Shown in pieces: positions 28,037 through 39,402 of a stretch of DNA of 64,000 bases. Under the pieces are notes generated by a model, which saw only the letters and a program-made list of their open reading frames with translations, was not told the origin of the DNA and searched no databases. Location: the NCBI GenBank assembly GCA_951406725.2, contig OX597823.1:11656001-11720000 (forward strand). Direction: 5' to 3'. The stretch comes from Octopus vulgaris (lineage: Eukaryota). Every line of letters begins with the position of its first letter. Within the stretch, counting starts at the first letter, position 1. The position numbers and the translations under genes were made by a program.

Positions 28037-28372
28037 AATGCTTATGTATATATGTGTGTGCACTTGTGTCTATATATATATATATATGAACACATATATA
28101 CATGTGCCTATATACAATATATGCATATACACATGTATATACACACACTTAAACATATATGTATGTACATATATTGATATATTATATGTGTATGTATATA
28201 TATGTTTATATATGTGTATATCTGCATATTTAAGTGTATATGTGTGTATGCATATGTATATACATTTATTTATTTATATATATTTATGTGTATGTGCATA
28301 TATATAATTATATATACACACTCAGGCACATATTTATGTGTGTATATACATATATATATATATATATATATT
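27258..28372. repeat. Long compound (TA)/(CA)/(TG) low-complexity tract
   Basis: About 1.1 kb of degenerate dinucleotide repeats; source of many YIYI-type ORFs. Confidence 0.95.
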
Positions 28373-28646
28373 GAGCTGCTTGTGATTCTTATTACTGATA
28401 TTTTTATACCTGCCAATTTATTAATGTTCAGCACACATGGAAATAGTTGAATATTTAGAAAATATCTTGGTATTTTCATCTTAGTCAATTAATCTGAATG
28501 TAAGGCTTGATTGGTAATTAATAAATGCGCGTGCGCAGCCTTTCTCTTTGCATATAATGTACCATTGATCGCTAATATTAACACCATATTTTTCCTATTC
28601 ATTATACTAATCTTCGTTTTTCCTTTTTCCATCCATTGTCCTGCAG

Positions 28647-28652
28647 AATCAG
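28647..28652 (+). CDS. Candidate 6-nt microexon AATCAG (adds E/Q-S)
   Basis: About 105 nt AG-free zone, branch-point-like TACTAAT (28605-28611), pyrimidine tract, ctgcAG acceptor, CAG|GTGAGG donor; frame-preserving in phase 1. Confidence 0.65.
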
Positions 28653-29469
28653 GTGAGGCCAATTACTAAACTTTCTAATTTCTTTTCAGCACATAATTTA
28701 TGTATATTTTTTTTTTTTTACCACTATCATTAATTATACATATGTATTTTTTTTTAAATTTTAAGCTAATCTGCAGAATAATGCATTAAGATTCTGCTAC
28801 TTGATGCAATATGATTGTAGCAGTAGTTATTTCGTCCTTTTTTCATTTTTTTTTGTATTCGTTCTTTTTCCTTTTTTTTTTTTCCTTCTTTTGTAATCAA
28901 AATAATTACCTATAGTTTTTGTTTTTTGTATTTTTTTTTTTGGTTTTTTGCGTATGTCCTTTACATGATTTTGAGGGGACATTCGTGAAAACACTCTGAA
29001 AGAGTGAGGTGTAGATTGTTATTTTCGTTTCGTGGCTTTGCATTCTCTGCCACTTGTTCCAATTTATGATGTGTGTGTCTTTTTTTGTAATATATTTGTT
29101 CTCTTGTTCTTTTACTAACATCTTAGTGTTAGGTCTAAAACTCTATTACTAACCCCCCTGCCCATCGATCGTGGCTAATTAAAACAATTACTGATAGTTT
29201 TAGAGCTTATGCTATAAGGTAAGTTCTACACAGCTACTCAACAACAATATCAAAGGCTTTCTCCAATTTCGGAAAAGTAAAACAATTTATCATCATTAGC
29301 TGCAAAATTGGTGAGTGATCTTTCAGGGAAAGATATATATATATTTTTCTCTCTTATTGATTTCAATATTCTGAATCTTTTTGGTTTTTTTCCTTATTGA
29401 TGTATTTACTCTATATGTATGATCAGTTGTGTGTGTGTGTGCATATGTATATATATGGATGGTTGACTA

Positions 29470-29850
29470 GTTTTTGACAAGAGAACATAAAGACAACTTT
29501 CTTCATATCAAAGATATCTGTGAGAAGGACATGAAACCTCATTACTCGAGTGTTGGAAAATGGGAGGGTGTTGCTGGTAACTGTTTCCACTGGACATTGG
29601 AACTAGGCAAGGGTTTAAAAAGATGAGAGGAATACACCTAAGAGGTTGCGGATAAAGGAGAGCAAAATTGAAGAAAAAGTAACGTGAGGAAAAGACTGAT
29701 AGGCAGCACCTTCGAATGCAGTTGCTGCAGCTGGGTTTGTTACTCACATGTGCGTCTCTAATAGTCACTGCAGACAGTGCTCTGCCAACAAGACTGAAGA
29801 TTTTCCAGGTGCAGATCCGTGATCTCGTGCGACTAATGGATTCCTCCAAT
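29470..29850 (+). mobile_element. Decayed RTE-clade LINE 3' end
   Basis: Reads LHIKDICEKDMK...WEGVAGNCFHW...KGLKR*EE and then ...SHCRQCS...GADP*SRATNG, resembling RTE C-termini 'LRYKDVCKRDMK...WE.LA.DR..W...GLK.GE' and the RTE 3' end. Confidence 0.6.
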
Positions 29851-29927
29851 GTATTTGTGTGTGTGTTTCTGTTCACACACACACACACACAAACATATAA
29901 ATAAATTATTATCTTTATCTAGTTTAA

Positions 29928-30148
29928 CCCTTTCGATACCAACCCGGCCAAAACCGGCTCTGGCTCTGTAGTACAAATGTCTTGTTTTCATAAGTTTTGC
30001 ATCAAAATATACCACCAAACCTTAGTCGCAATTTATATTCCTAATACTAGCTTAATGATAACTAAGTTATTTTACTAAATTCTTTGTTATAGTTAAAATA
30101 ATTGAAAGAAACACAGAGCATCTCAAAATAAATACAGTAACGAAAGAG
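29928..30148. mobile_element. piggyBac-like MITE family 1
   Basis: TTAA at 29924-29927 and 30149-30152; matches the 4801 and 56976 copies. Confidence 0.82.
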
Positions 30149-32145
30149 TTAATATGATTATTCCATTAATTTCATTTTCATTTTGCAACATGTTGCATTT
30201 ACATTTATTGGTCGTAGATAACTAAGTGTTCTACTATATTTCATTTTACACTTTAGCTCTCTCTCTCTTTCTTCCTCTTTCTCCCTCTCTCTGTCCACTC
30301 CTAATAAATATGACCTTACACAAATATATACATAGATATATGACATCCCTGTATGTTCTGAGTTCAATTGAAGCTGCAGTCAACTTTGTTCCCTTTCTGG
30401 TGGTGGTGGGGATCAGTAAAATAAAGTCGCTGGGCTAGATTTAATTTGGGCCTTTGAAGAAGCCTCAATTGGTGTTGCTCAGCTTGCTAGAAATAATAGC
30501 AAACAAACCTTCTTCACACTTAAAAAAGTACATGTTGGATAGTGTAGTTCTCTGTATATAAGAAAAAGATTGGGTGGTCATTGTTGGAATACTTTTGATC
30601 AGAGGTTTCCTCAAACAGATCTTTCTTGGGGCTAAACAACAGTAAAAATAGTGTCCTTGTGACTATTTTAGAATTCAGTTTTACATTTTTCTACATGAGT
30701 ATTGGATCGATAGAATCCTTAAGGTGTCATACAAATTACCTTGGCCTTATACAATCTAAGTTCAAATCCTGCCATGGTCAACTTTTCATTTTATCCTTCT
30801 AGAATTGATCAAACATATTTGTGAAATACTGAGATTAATCTAAATCAACCATCTACCTCCCAATGTAACATTGTTTGACATTGTACCTATGTCAGAATCC
30901 AGTATTATCTTATAGCTTTTTATGTGATGTCACTTTACATTTTGTGTTCAGATGCCTGTGTTTAGTGTTACTTTTCCTCCTTCCAGGGTTGATAAAATAG
31001 AGTGCTAGTCAATAAATAGGGTCAATTTTCACCGACTGTACCCTCAACAATTTGTGACATTGTGTCTTTAACAGAAATTAGTATTATGATTTTTCTGTAG
31101 TATTCATGATCATGATTTTCCCATCTGCTTTTCCGTGTAGGCTACATTGGATAGGTTATAATGAGATAGTGTTTTATGACTGGATACCCTTCTTGACACC
31201 AACCCTTTTCATTGCCTTGAATGAGTTCAGAAATGCAGTGTACATCTAATAATCGAAATTTTATTTTCTGCACTTTTAATATGATCTTCTTCTTTAGTTT
31301 TTGGAATATATGATGTTAACATTATATCATACATGCCTCATTAGGTATCATAATAAAAGTTATAGTTTTTAATCTGTTTTATACCACTTAATACTGACTG
31401 TGTAACCTTTTCTTTTAACTCAGTAACTGCAGTTCTTTGGAGTTACGTTTGTTGTAGCTACCTAATATATTAATAGTTTCGTTTTTGAGAAATGGTAGAG
31501 CTTGTGACACTAGATATGTTAAGCAGGTTTTTTTTTTTGTCCTATTGCAGTTTGTGGCTGAAATTCCCTTCTGTGTTGTTTCAGTTCTTGCTGGTCTTGG
31601 AACAGATTAGTGAGTAAAGAAGATTTTATTCAGAGGATAAACACAGACTAATATAATTTGTATGTATTTTCATAGTCACTGAAAGGTCTGATAAATATGT
31701 TTCAAGATAATAAAAACTGAGTATGGTTATAAAAGATACTATATTATGTGTGTATGTATATATAATTTATATCAAATTTATGTGTGTATGTATATATAAT
31801 TTATATCAAATTTATGTGTGTATGTTTATAAAATTTATATAATTTATCATGGACTACATTATCCAATGTGTCTCTTTTTTTTTTGAAAAACAGTTGGTAA
31901 GGAGTGTGTTGGTATTTAGTTTTAGATCTTGCTATTCTGACTTCAAATTCTGCCAGGGTCCTCTTTACTTTACATCCATCCAGGGTCAATGAAGCAAAGT
32001 AGTGGTGTTGATTTAATCAAATGACACTTGGTGTTTCCCTGGCCTTTTCAAGCAATAGACTGCAAATACAGGATCCTAAAAGTACAATCGTATTGCTGCA
32101 TGCACATTAACTACAGGTGACTGAATAAACCCAATGGCCATAGTA

Positions 32146-32591
32146 CAGTGATCCTTTGACTATCGCAGGTGTTATGTTCCAAAACTTCCTGTGATAGGTG
32201 AAAATCTGCAAAGTAGAAACAGTACTGTACTGTATATTTAAAAAAATTTTTATAATTTCTCCGAAAAGCTCTATCTGCGACGATTTCATCTCAATTGAAG
32301 GCGAGGGGCTTTCTCCGTCCGGGTTGCGGATCCGTGGAATAAGCTGCCGGACGAGATAGTGAAGATGCCGACGACCGCTCAGTTCAAAGTCTCTCTTGAC
32401 CAGAAATGGCCTGAACTCTTTGCATGAACACCCTCCCTGTACATAACTCCATGTCCCCCTACATGGCCTTGCTTTTTGCTTTTTGAGCCCCAAAATTAAC
32501 TTAACTTAATATTATTGTAAATGCAAAGCAACACCTCAGAGCAATCGACATTAGCTTAAATAATAAACTGTGATATGGCAAGGGATTACAG
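32146..32591. mobile_element. Tigger/pogo-like MITE (TA-flanked) with a nested CR1 fragment
   Basis: TA|CAGTGATCCTTTGACTATCGCAG ... CTGTGATATGGCAAGGGATTACAG|TA imperfect inverted termini. Confidence 0.55.
32260..32508 (+). mobile_element. CR1-clade LINE short 3' fragment
   Basis: Highly similar to 35722-35977; ends in a TTAAC-type repeat tail. Confidence 0.85.
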
Positions 32592-32611
32592 TATTCTTGT
32601 GGGAAGAATTG

Positions 32612-32669
<58 letters not shown>

Positions 32670-32899
32670 ACTCACAGGTATGTCCACTTACTGTGGACAT
32701 CCGAAAGATAAGACCAGCTGCCCACTAACAGTATAAACTCCATATAACATAATCTTTTGTGTTGGGGTGTGTATGCATGCACACAACAGCAAGAGCTCCC
32801 ATTAAATCATTTTTATCAACTGTTCAGAAAACGTCTTAAAAATAGTTGATAAGCCTCTGTAACCTTGACGATTACAGTGGTGATGGGTATTCCACAACT

Positions 32900-33390
32900 A
32901 TAACATTCAGAGTACAACTAAGATGCAAAAAATCAGTGAGCTATTACCTCTGCTAACAAGTGGATTTCCTCTCATAAAGGGTGATGTGGCATGAAAGACT
33001 TGGCTATTGAATGTAAGGATGTCTGAAGACTGGAAAGAAATGAAATAAACATGCTCCACTGCACGACTTATGTTGGTTTGCATAAATGACAGCACAATGG
33101 GCTGAGTATGAAGCTCACCCGGTTCTCTCATGCCGAGTATGAAAGGAACCTGATGTAGGCGTTTAAGAGAGAAAACTCTACTGGTGCAGACATATGCATA
33201 CAGTTCATGATAGTTGAGTAGAGAGTGCTGAGCAATCCAAGCAGAAGGAATCTACAGAAGATGGAAGACAAAGAAGATATAAGGAAAAGTTCTAAAATGG
33301 TGAAAGAGGATTTTAAGAACCTGAAACTCATGAAGGGGATAAAATATGTTACAGGAGATACTATGCAAGAGAAGACCCTCTAACAAATGC
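32900..33390 (+). mobile_element. Decayed RTE-like LINE fragment
   Basis: Remnant 'ERKLYWCRHM...GRQRR...VKEDFKNLKL' like 'ERRLRWYGHV...GRPRK...VK.DLR.LGL'. Weak. Confidence 0.4.
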
Positions 33391-33448
33391 AAGCAGGAAA
33401 ATTCAACTGCAAAATGACAATGACAGTGGTAATAGCATATGCGCATAT

Positions 33449-33483
<35 letters not shown>

Positions 33484-34012
33484 TACACATCATTAAAAAT
33501 TTTATTTTCTATTTTATGGTTATCTTGACTTCATGGCATCAGCAATTTTACTCACCTATCAGAGCACTCAATGATACAGTGTACTTAGTTATAAAACCAA
33601 CATACAGTATATTTTATATAAACATACATACATACATCTATATATGTGTGAAACATGGTTTTCAGCCCATGTTGGAGTGTAGTTCCTCCAAATAAGGACT
33701 GTCTTATACTATAAAGGCCTACCAATTCACAATAGCATGGAAGAGCTGGCATAAAATGATCTTATATACATAAGACACAATGAACTATGAGTAGTGATAC
33801 CCTCAGGCACAACCTCCAAGAAATATTTTTTCCAGTCCATCTAAGAGTGTTGATTATTTTCTGTTGCATAATTGCTTTTCATGCTAGTGTAATGTCACCA
33901 GCCATACATCACCATCGTTTTCATTGTTTCTGTGCCAGCATTTTTTCTTTGCGACATGAGTTTATCAAGACTTCTCAAGTCAGTATTCTTTGGCTGGATG
34001 TCTTTCTTGACA

Positions 34013-34415
34013 TACTCTTTTACTCTTTTACTTGTTTCAGTCATTTGACTGAGGCCATGCTGGAGCACTGCCTTTAGTCGAGCAAATCGACCCCGGGACT
34101 TATTCTTTGTAAGCCCAGTACTTATTCTATCGGTCTCTTTTGCCGAACCACTAAGTGACGGGGACATAAACACACCAGCATTGGTTGTCAAGCAATGCTA
34201 GGGGGACAAACACAGACACACATACATATATATATATATATATACATATATACGACAGGCTTCTTTCAGTTTCCGTCTACCAAATCCACTCACAAGGCAT
34301 TGGTCTGCCTGGGGTCATAGCTGAAGACACTTGCCCAAGATGCCACGCAGTGGGACTGAACCCGGAACCATGTGGTTGGTTAGCAAGCTATTTACCACAC
34401 AGCCACTCCTGCGCC
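34013..34415 (-). mobile_element. SINE family A copy
   Basis: Near-identical to 2650-3062. Confidence 0.88.
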
Positions 34416-34710
34416 TTGTTTTCAAGCTCTTGTTTTCAAGATACTTTATTTCTCTGAGCTTTTCGTGTTAAAATTGTTGTGCTCTTGAGACCTTTATTAC
34501 TGCCGTTCAAGTGGTATCAGACAAAACATGGAAGGCAAATGTGCACGTGTGCACACACACATGCATATGATGCACTTCCATAAACTTCCATACAGTTTCC
34601 AACAACCAAATTTCACTTAGATTTTAGTCCACTTGAAGCTAAAGTAGAAAACTCTTGGCCAAAGTGCCACACAATATGAGTAAACCAAGCTTTTTACACA
34701 CACAGTCATA

Positions 34711-34756
<46 letters not shown>

Positions 34757-34802
34757 TGAATAAATAAATAAATGGAGTTGAACGAAGATGTTAATAAAAT
34801 TC

Positions 34803-34891
34803 CTTTACTTTCGTCATGTTTCGGAGACAACATGGTTTTATTCCAAAGGAATAAATGGTGTTAGATGCAATCTTTTCATCAGGAAAGAAAG
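34803..34891 (-). ncRNA. Type I hammerhead ribozyme motif (Penelope-like), probably inactive
   Basis: Minus strand CTTTC-CTGATGA-[extended stem II containing TTTATTCC/GGAATAAA]-C-GAAAC-AT-GAC-GAAAG. Stem I CTTTC/GAAAG pairs; the cleavage triplet is GAC instead of GUC. Confidence 0.6.
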
Positions 34892-35038
34892 AGAGCCTCT
34901 CTCAACAACAAGACATTATAACATTTACGATGGCTGCCTACATGATAAACAGAATTAATTCTGACGTGAATTAGGTACCCTGGCTACGGGTCATTGAATT
35001 TTCCATGTTAACAGTAAACATAGGATAATTCATTCACC

Positions 35039-35105
<67 letters not shown>

Positions 35106-35502
35106 CACCTAGCCATCAAAATCATGCCAAAACAGACACAGTAGCCTGGTGCAGTCTTCTCCCTGGCCGGCTCTTGTTAAACCATCCAACCTATGCCACC
35201 ATGGAAGACAGATGTTTAATGATGAATGTATATATTTATACACATTTAGACAAGCAGTTTTAACACACAACATCAATGTATAAAGTTTTCTGCAAGCATT
35301 TGTGTTGTTATCAATGAGTACACTTTTAATCACAGGCATTCCATTTGTGATCATGTTTTTTTTTTTTTACCTTTAAACATACTGTGTCTATTACTTCATT
35401 TTCTAGCTTTTTTTTTTAAGGCTGTGATGTTTTGTTTGAGAGGTAGTTAGCTATTTATAACCACATAGAAGCTTACTTACTGGCTCATGAAGGGAATAGT
35501 TT

Positions 35503-35977
35503 CAGCATCTCGAAAGAGTCCAGAAGCTGGCTACCCGCATGGTTCATGGTCTCAAAAATTTGTCCTACAAAGAAAGGCTGAGGACGCTCAACCTTTATTC
35601 TCTTGAAAAACGCCGCCGCCGTGGTGATCTCATTCTCGCCCACAACATCATAAGCGGAAAGTGTAACCTCTCGAAAGAGCTGTTCTTCACTCCTGCTCCA
35701 GAGCGTCGGCTGCGGGGTCATTCCGAAAAGCTCTACCTGCGACGATTTCATCTCAATCGAAGGAGAGGAGCTTTCTCCGTCCAGGTTGCGGATCCGTGGA
35801 ACAAGCTGCCAGACGAGATGGTGAAGATGCCGACGACCGCTTTGTTCAAAGCCTCCCTGGACCTCAAGTGGCCTGAACTCTTTACATGAACACCACCCTG
35901 TACTTAACTCCATGTCCCCCTACATGGCCTTGCTATTTGCTTTTGAGCCAAATTAACTAACTAACTAACTAACTAAC
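35503..35977 (+). mobile_element. CR1-clade LINE 3' fragment: RT C-terminal region, 3' UTR and (TAAC)n tail
   Basis: LERVQKLATRMVHGLKNLSYKERLRTLNLYSLEKRRRRGDLI...RGHSEKL...FS..V...WNKLP is the typical CR1 ORF2 end; tail (TAAC)n at 35954-35977. Confidence 0.92.
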
Positions 35978-36169
35978 ATGGAAAGTTTCTTCTCAAGCTG
36001 TTGGTGAGACCCAAGTCAGCTTTGACTGAGCAGAATTATGATCAGAGGAATTCCTACCATCACCACCCTATCTGTTTGCTTTTCTATATCAAGGATTACA
36101 TTATGCAATATATCTATTTGTTTTTTTAAGACAGTAGGTAAAGAGTGTATTGGTATTTAGTTATAGTTT

Positions 36170-36402
36170 TAAGGCGGCGAGCTGGCAGAAACGTTAGCAT
36201 GCCGGGCGAAATGCTTAGCGGTATTTCGTCTGCGTTACATTGTGAGTTCAAATTCCGCCGAGGTCGACTTTGCCTTTCATCCTTTCGGGGTCGATAAATT
36301 AAGTACCAGTTACGCACTGGGGTCGATGTAATCGACTTAATACCTAGGTCTGTCCTTGTTTGTTCCCTCTGTGTTTAGCCCCTTGTGGGTAATAAAGAAA
36401 TA
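36170..36402 (+). mobile_element. SINE family C, full length with 15-bp TSD
   Basis: Head AAGGCGGCGAGCTGGCAGAAACGTTAGC...GAGTTCAAATTCC; TSD GGTATTTAGTTATAG at 36152-36166 and 36403-36417. Confidence 0.9.
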
Positions 36403-38555
36403 GGTATTTAGTTATAGACCATTTCATTCTCATTTCAAATCTTGCCATGGTCATCTTTACTTTTCATCCATCCAGGGTCAATGAAGTAAAGTTGTGGTAT
36501 TGATTTAATCAAGTGTTTCGCAGGCTTGTTCAAACAACAGACTACGACTGAGAATCCTAAAAGGATATCTGTTGTGCTTTGCGCACATTAACAACAGATG
36601 ACAGTATAAATCCAATGGCATTAGTTTTCTTGTAATATCAGCTATAGCAGACGTTAACTTTGATAGGCATAACGGTGGATCACTGCTGCACAAAACCTAT
36701 AATTAATGGTGATATACGGCATTTCTGTTGGCAGAACAGGGTGCAATTTCAGAAGGATTTGGCTGTTATTTCATTCATTATGTTCTCGGTTGGTCAGTTG
36801 GTCAAACGGTCTGTTCTTTTAAATTGATTCATAAATTGGAACAATGTGTTGGTGTCTGCTTGTTTTGTTTGTTTGTTCGTTTTTGATGTTTTTGTGTTTT
36901 TTGTTAGTTTCTTTTTTTTTGTTTTTGTTGTTTTCCTTTTAACTAGCCATTGTCTCAATACAGAAGCATGCATTATGTATTCTTGCGTTTATTGCGCTGT
37001 TCAAAGTTACATCTCAGTTGAATTTAGCAATTTATTTTGCCCCACACCCCAATTTTTTTTTTCTAATCTCTCCTTTTCTCCCTAAACTTTACTTCTGGTA
37101 TATAATACACTGGCTTCCATGTTTTGTGCAGTAGTAACTAACATTTCATTCAGAACAACCAGTTTAGCATTAAATAAATTTTCCCAAGTAAACAGCTAAA
37201 TAAACAGCAACTGTGTATAAAATGTATGTATGTGTTCATGTGTATATGTGTGTTGTTTGGAAGCACAAAAAGTTGTACCATTTTCATCAAGTTCTAACCA
37301 TTTTATAAATTTATATGTGTTTATATATATATACACATATGCGCGCGTGTGTATGTATGTCTGTGTATATATATTGTGTGTATATAATTTACTTTGAGTG
37401 TTGAGATTCTTGCATTTAACATTAATGTAGTTAGAAGGCCCCTTAAATTGTCTAGTCTGAACATTCTAAATATATTAGTATATATGTGTATATTTGACAA
37501 TACTAAAACAATGTTAAAACTCTATCAAATAATCTGGAAGAAAATATAAGAGATTTTCAAATGTCTTCGATATTTTTCTTCTTTAAACAACTATTTAAAC
37601 TACAAGTGTGATTAAAGTTTAGTGTCATAGTAATGATAATGATGATGATGATCATAATAATAATTATAATTATAATAAACAATTGTAAATAGATATATAA
37701 TTAGTTAATATAATTCTCTTGCTGAAACTAGCTGCAATATTTTCAAAATTATTTACCCTAGTAATTATATTTTCACTTATTAGTTACGTAACACATATTT
37801 GTGTATGTGTGGGTGTGTGTGTATCCATGTACACACAGACACAAACATGCACTTTTTTTTTTTGCGTCTTAGCATGTAGTAATATTTTCTAAAATATGTT
37901 CCTAAACTTAAATTTTTAGAGAAAGACCTCTTTAAAATGAAAGGTTACTGTTTGTTAAAAAAAAAAGTGTGTTGTGTGTGTGTGAGTGTTAATGTGTGTG
38001 TAGTTATGTAAAATTATATATTCCTTTATACATAGACATCTGCAGATACACATATACATTCTATTATTCATATAGGCTTATATTTACATCTTTATATGTA
38101 TATCTGCAGTTATACATACATATATATATATTATATATATGTACATTTATGTATGTGCATGCTGGTGTGTGTGCATATATGTATTTTATTTATATATATA
38201 TATATACACACACACATGTACACATACATACACACACACATTCACACACATGCATATGCATAGTTACATGCATATCTGTACACAAACACAAATATTCACA
38301 TGAGATTTTAAGCTAAGTTGTAGGTACAGTGTGTTTGCATACATTTTAAATATAAGGTAGTATTTATAACCTTCATATCCATTAATAAATAGGCCTCCTC
38401 TCAGCCAACTCCTCCTATAAACATGTAATTTAATGTGAGTCCCACACTGTATGTATTTAATTAATTCTAAGTATATTTCATATTGCTAACTTAAACTTGC
38501 TTTTGAAACTAGGTTTCTTCTGTCTCATAAATTCTGCTGTTTACTATGTTTATAG

Positions 38556-38704
38556 CTGTACTATTTGAGTGTACTTCTTGCCCCGCTTGCTGCGTTGTTG
38601 CGCGGCTATGGGTTGCAGCTGGTATCTTCCTAGCTAGCGCTCTGCTCTGCCAAACACGGAAGACCATCGCAGCGGTCTTCTTGCTGTTGCTGCTGCTACT
38701 ATAA
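38556..38704 (+). CDS. Candidate alternative terminal exon with hydrophobic C-terminus; alternatively hosts a 3-nt microexon at 38619-38621
   Basis: Acceptor ...tgtttatAG read in phase 1 gives AVLFECTSCPACCVVARLWVAAGIFLASALLCQTRKTIAAVFLLLLLLL*. GC-rich island in an AT-rich intron. Confidence 0.35.
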
Positions 38705-38862
38705 ATATTTTAAAAACATGTTGCATTAGTTGCCCAGTGTCTAGACTGCTACGAAATAGTGTAATCTCTTTTTTTTTTTTTTTTATTGACATAAAGGTCA
38801 GCTCAATAGATTTAAATGCTAACAAGTGACACAAAAAATATATATATACACACATGTATGTA

Positions 38863-38903
<41 letters not shown>

Positions 38904-38922
38904 GTGTGTGTGCATATATATG

Positions 38923-38954
<32 letters not shown>

Positions 38955-39369
38955 TGTATTGAGCTCAAAAGAAGAAAAGAACTGATGCACCATTTTTTGT
39001 GTTTATTGGGTCAATACACTTTGGTAGGTATTTTGGTTCACTGCCAGTTTTACATAGTGACTTTAAAAAAAAGAAAACAATTCGACCAAATAATTTTACT
39101 TTATTTTAACACTCTTTTCCTTTTGTTTAATGACGCAACTTTTGACAATTTTGTTTTCAAAATTATAGTTCAATTTATTTTGAGTCTTCATTTTATATAT
39201 ACTTACACACATATATGTATATAACATTCGTATAAACATATATATATATGTTTATATATGTATATATATATATTTTCACACATACATGTGTATGGATACA
39301 TAATATATATACACATACATGTGTCTGTATATGTGCATATATGTGCAATTAAGAGTGTATATATGTGTA

Positions 39370-39402
<33 letters not shown>

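Noticed and set aside
27193-28488. Many 60-210 aa ORFs rich in Y/I/C/V/H/T (also at 3.6-4.1, 23.5, 38.6-39.7 and 50.7-51.4 kb)
   Set aside because: They are translations of (TA)/(TG)/(CA) microsatellites, which lack stops in some frames; not genes.
29716-29904. ORF MQLLQLGLLLTCASLIVTADSA that looks like a signal peptide
   Set aside because: It lies in an alternative frame of a decayed RTE LINE 3' end and runs into a (CA)n tract.
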